Below, piece after piece: positions 1-5,777 of a DNA stretch of 5,777 nt (the stretch's first letter is position 1; each line of letters opens with the position of its first letter). The notes under the pieces were generated by a model, which worked only from the letters and a program-made list of their open reading frames with translations, was not told the DNA's origin and made no database searches. This DNA is from a virus (taxonomy: Monodnaviria > Loebvirae > Hofneiviricota > Faserviricetes > Tubulavirales), in IMG/VR virus record IMGVR_UViG_2579778634_000001; one strand, given 5' to 3'. The translations under genes were made by a program, and so were the position numbers.

Positions 1-141
1 ATGTCTGACGCTGATTTTCTGAACTTTGTTTTATTTGCTGCGCCTGCAATGATTTTATTTTCTTCAGGTTTTGGCATCGGAATAAAACTGATTCGCGCCT
101 GTGACTCACAAAGCATTACTGTTCAGCGTTATTATGACTGA
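1..141 (+). CDS. Small hydrophobic protein, putative minor coat protein pVII-like (46 aa if the ATG at 1 is the true start; may continue from upstream of the window)
   Basis: Frame-1 ORF ending TGA 139-141; hydrophobic core (FLNFVLFAAPAMILFSSGFGIGI); lies immediately upstream of the coat gene cluster as gVII does in Ff phages; its stop overlaps the next ORF start (ATG 134). No residue-level homology established. Confidence 0.4.
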   Translation: MSDADFLNFVLFAAPAMILFSSGFGIGIKLIRACDSQSITVQRYYD

Positions 142-304
142 ATTTGATTTCAGCGGTGTTTTATCCGCACTGAATTCTGGCGTACAGGACGGGGAGCTTT
201 ACTGGGCCGTTCTTTATGTCTGGATTGTCTGCTGGCTTCTTGGCTTTGGTCTTGGTGTTATTTTCACTCTGGTCTGCCGGATGTTCAGTGATGCTGTTAA
301 TTAA
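134..304 (+). CDS. Small hydrophobic protein, putative minor coat protein pIX-like (56 aa from ATG 134; the ORF track extends to a GTG at 101)
   Basis: ATG 134-136 overlaps the upstream stop (139-141) by 8 nt with no Shine-Dalgarno, consistent with translational coupling; transmembrane-like segment (YWAVLYVWIVCWLLGFGLGVIFTLV); ends TAA 302-304 just before gVIII. Longer than M13 pIX (32 aa), so the start is uncertain. Confidence 0.45.
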   Translation: MTEFDFSGVLSALNSGVQDGELYWAVLYVWIVCWLLGFGLGVIFTLVCRMFSDAVN

Positions 305-310
305 TTTTAA

Positions 311-571
<261 letters not shown>

Positions 572-586
572 TAGTTATTTAATGAC

Positions 587-609
587 AGCGCCCTCCGGGG
601 CGCTTTTTT
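587..609 (+). terminator. Rho-independent terminator downstream of the major coat gene
   Basis: Perfect GC stem GCGCCC (588-593) / GGGCGC (598-603) with 4-nt loop TCCG, extended by an A587-T604 pair, followed by a T6 run (604-609). Ff phages carry a strong terminator at the same position after gVIII. Confidence 0.8.
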
Positions 610-622
610 AATCATACCAGGA

Positions 623-2221
623 GTGTTTTTTTTGATTCACTTTATTATTCCGCTTCTGTTTTTGTTCTTTTCCTCGTTTTCTTTCGCTGAAGAGAAAGAA
701 AATCCGGATGCACTTGTTCAGTGTGCAGGCCATTCATCCTGCAGGACAGATTATTCGGACGCGGGGACGTCGATTAAATTAGCCAGGGCGGCCGGTCATC
801 TTTTCTGTGGTTCGGGCAATTATGACGCATGTTCCGGAATAATTCATTATTGTGGTGTGCCACTTTCAACGCCTGTTAATGCACCTTCGACTGTCGGGTC
901 TTTTGTCCGTGCCCGGTGGTCAGCATATAAAGTCTGGGATTCAGACAAGCAAAAGTGGACAGCCTGCACCCTTGCTTTTCAGGGTGGTGAGGGGGATTTG
1001 ACACCTGAATATAATAAGCCGCCAACTGACGAGATTTGTCTTTCTCGTCCGGTTCTTGATGGTATGACTTTTTCTGATGTTTATAAAGGTGATGACGGGA
1101 CCCGTTATGTTAATGTGCAGGGGTGTATTTATGAGGCAACCGGCAATCCTCTTATTTGTAATCCCGATGATGATACAGTTTGTACTGCCGACTGGAAACC
1201 AGTTGCTGTAGATCCTGCATTCTCCGATGGTAAGGAGGATGGCGGTAGCTCAGGTGGTGGCAGTTCCGGTGGTGGTAACCCAGGCGGCGGCAGTTCCGGT
1301 GGTGGTTCAGGTTCTGGCTCCGGTGGTTCATCCGGTAGCGGTGGCTCCGGCTCGGGTTCCGGCGGCTCATCCGGCAGTGGTGGTTCAGGTTCTGGCTCCG
1401 GTGGTTCATCCGGTAGCGGTGGCTCCGGCTCGGGTTCCGGCGGCTCATCCGGCAGTGGTGGTTCAGGTTCTGGCTCCGGTGGTTCATCCGGTAGCGGTGG
1501 CTCCGGCTCGGGTTCCGGCGGCTCATCCGGCAGTGGTGGTTCAGGTTCTGGCTCCGGTGGTTCATCCGGTAGCGGTGGCTCCGGCTCGGGTTCCGGCGGC
1601 TCATCCGGCAGTGGTGGTTCAGGTTCTGGCTCCGGTGGTTCATCCGGTAGCGGTGGCTCCGGCTCGGGCTCCGGCGGTTCATCCGGTAGCGGTAGTTCAG
1701 GTTCAGGATCCGGTGGCTCATCCGGCGATGACAATGGCTGGCTTGATGGTATTTTGGGCTGGTTAAAAACAATATGGGTGTCAGTGAATGATTTAAATAA
1801 TGCTTTTTCTGTTTCTCAGGCTGATATGAATAATGCATTAAATTCACTGGACAATGGTATTAAAGATATTAGTCAGAATATAGCTTCTTCTTTGCCTGAT
1901 GGGGATTTCCCTTTAGGGGAGCTTTCGCATTATTTGCCAGGACAGGGAAGTGAGAGTCATGATAATAACAATTGGCTTACAGTTAATATTGACAAACTGG
2001 TAAATACAAATAATGGAACTGCTCTTCCTTTTACTTTACAGTTTAGCTTTAATCTTCCGTTGATTGGCGCGATTAATTTCAAGATTGATACAAGCCATTT
2101 TGCAAAAGCTTATGACGATTATGTTCGTTCTGTTCTTGAATATGCTATTTATATGATAACCATGTTACGCGTTTTTGTTATTTCTCGCCGTACATTATTT
2201 GAACGTGAGGTAAAACTCTGA
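623..2221 (+). CDS. gIII: Adsorption / minor coat protein pIII-like (532 aa): signal peptide, Cys-rich N-terminal domain, N1-like segment, long Gly/Ser linker, C-terminal anchoring domain
   Basis: GTG 623 overlaps SD AGGAG (619-623), so the in-frame TTG 632 with 8-nt spacing is an alternative start (M13 gIII also uses GTG). Signal-like FFLIHFIIPLLFLFFSSFSFA. Segment GCIYEATGNPLICNPDDDTVCTADWKPV resembles the M13 pIII N1 segment GCLWNATGVVVCTGDETQCYGTWVPI (recalled). Gly/Ser linker as in Ff pIII. Hydrophobic C-terminal segment (LEYAIYMITMLRVFVI). Stop TGA 2219-2221 overlaps the gVI ATG. Confidence 0.88.
   Translation: MFFLIHFIIPLLFLFFSSFSFAEEKENPDALVQCAGHSSCRTDYSDAGTSIKLARAAGHLFCGSGNYDACSGIIHYCGVPLSTPVNAPSTVGSFVRARWSAYKVWDSDKQKWTACTLAFQGGEGDLTPEYNKPPTDEICLSRPVLDGMTFSDVYKGDDGTRYVNVQGCIYEATGNPLICNPDDDTVCTADWKPVAVDPAFSDGKEDGGSSGGGSSGGGNPGGGSSGGGSGSGSGGSSGSGGSGSGSGGSSGSGGSGSGSGGSSGSGGSGSGSGGSSGSGGSGSGSGGSSGSGGSGSGSGGSSGSGGSGSGSGGSSGSGGSGSGSGGSSGSGGSGSGSGGSSGSGGSGSGSGGSSGSGSSGSGSGGSSGDDNGWLDGILGWLKTIWVSVNDLNNAFSVSQADMNNALNSLDNGIKDISQNIASSLPDGDFPLGELSHYLPGQGSESHDNNNWLTVNIDKLVNTNNGTALPFTLQFSFNLPLIGAINFKIDTSHFAKAYDDYVRSVLEYAIYMITMLRVFVISRRTLFEREVKL
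1243..1728 (+). repeat. Tandem direct repeats encoding the pIII Gly/Ser linker: 78-bp unit, four perfect copies (1301-1612), one slightly diverged copy (1613-1690), degenerate flanks
   Basis: Seen directly: unit ggtggttcaggttctggctccggtggttcatccggtagcggtggctccggctcgggttccggcggctcatccggcagt starts at 1301, 1379, 1457 and 1535 (perfect) and 1613 (3-4 substitutions). Each unit is two 39-bp halves encoding the same 13-aa GGSGSGSGGSSGS with different codons. This also explains the long shadow ORFs on the - strand and in other frames. Confidence 0.95.
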
Positions 2222-2580
2222 TGTGGGCCATTTTAGGTGCTTTTTTTGTTGATGTTGTTTTAAAATCACTACGTTTCATTGCAGGAGTTATCGGTGATAA
2301 AGCTGTTGCATGGGCTAAGCTCCTTTCTTATCTTGGTCTTTGCTACACTTCATATTATGCTCTTGTATCTGCCGTCAATTTTATTATTCGTCAAATCTCC
2401 GATGTTAATAAACTCGATGTTATTGTAGTTGCATTCAGTTACCTTCCTTTAAATATTCAGTACTGTTTTAATATCATCCTCCATGTTCAATTTATTTCAT
2501 ACATATATCTTTATAAGGATAGAGTGTATCGATTGGTTTATGATTTATTTAAATCAAATGGGCTTAATGTTGGCAAGTAA
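2221..2580 (+). CDS. gVI: Minor coat protein pVI-like (119 aa)
   Basis: ATG 2221 overlaps the gIII stop (cTGATGt), with GAGG 2206-2209 upstream; hydrophobic 119-aa protein of M13 pVI size (112 aa); C-terminal LPLNIQYCFNIILHVQFISYIYLYKD resembles M13 pVI LPSNALPCFYVILSVKAAIFIFDVKQK (recalled); canonical position between gIII and gI. Confidence 0.8.
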   Translation: MWAILGAFFVDVVLKSLRFIAGVIGDKAVAWAKLLSYLGLCYTSYYALVSAVNFIIRQISDVNKLDVIVVAFSYLPLNIQYCFNIILHVQFISYIYLYKDRVYRLVYDLFKSNGLNVGK

Positions 2581-2594
2581 TTTTGCGGGGGTAA

Positions 2595-3809
<1,215 letters not shown>

Positions 3810-3810
3810 G

Positions 3811-4530
<720 letters not shown>

Positions 4531-4559
4531 TATCTTCATGACTGAAAAACAGCACTTAA

Positions 4560-5777
<1,218 letters not shown>

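Noticed and set aside
1129-1847. Long - strand ORFs (1129-1734, 1152-1847) and + strand ORF 1227-1766 with PEPEP-, HRYRMN- and AVPVV-type low-complexity translations
   Set aside because: They are alternative-frame and antisense readings of the pIII Gly/Ser tandem repeat. Their periodicity mirrors the 78-bp DNA repeat, and inovirus genes are all on the + strand.

Overview
The window reads as the virion-structure and assembly module of an Ff-like filamentous ssDNA phage (Inovirus; M13/fd/IKe/If1 lineage), either a free phage genome or a prophage. All genes are on the + strand in the canonical order gVII - gIX - gVIII (major coat) - intrinsic terminator - gIII (adsorption protein) - gVI - gI (with nested gXI) - gIV (secretin). 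Homology calls rest on my recollection of the M13 protein sequences, not on a database search. gI, gIV, gIII and gVI show clear residue-level similarity to M13 pI, pIV, pIII and pVI; gVIII, gVII and gIX are called from position, size and hydropathy. The replication genes (gII/gX, gV) and the main intergenic origin/packaging region are not in the window. Three things stand out: (1) a ~720-bp GC-rich noncoding block of ~311-bp tandem repeats sits between gI and gIV, which are adjacent in Ff phages; (2) pIII has an N-terminal Cys-rich domain that I cannot match to anything, followed by an N1-like segment and one very long Gly/Ser linker built from near-perfect 78-bp DNA repeats; (3) two motifs I expect to be conserved in the export machinery look altered, the pI Walker A (GKG instead of GK[S/T]) and the pIV C-terminal secretin motif. 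No CRISPR array, tRNA/rRNA gene, integrase or transposase is visible.
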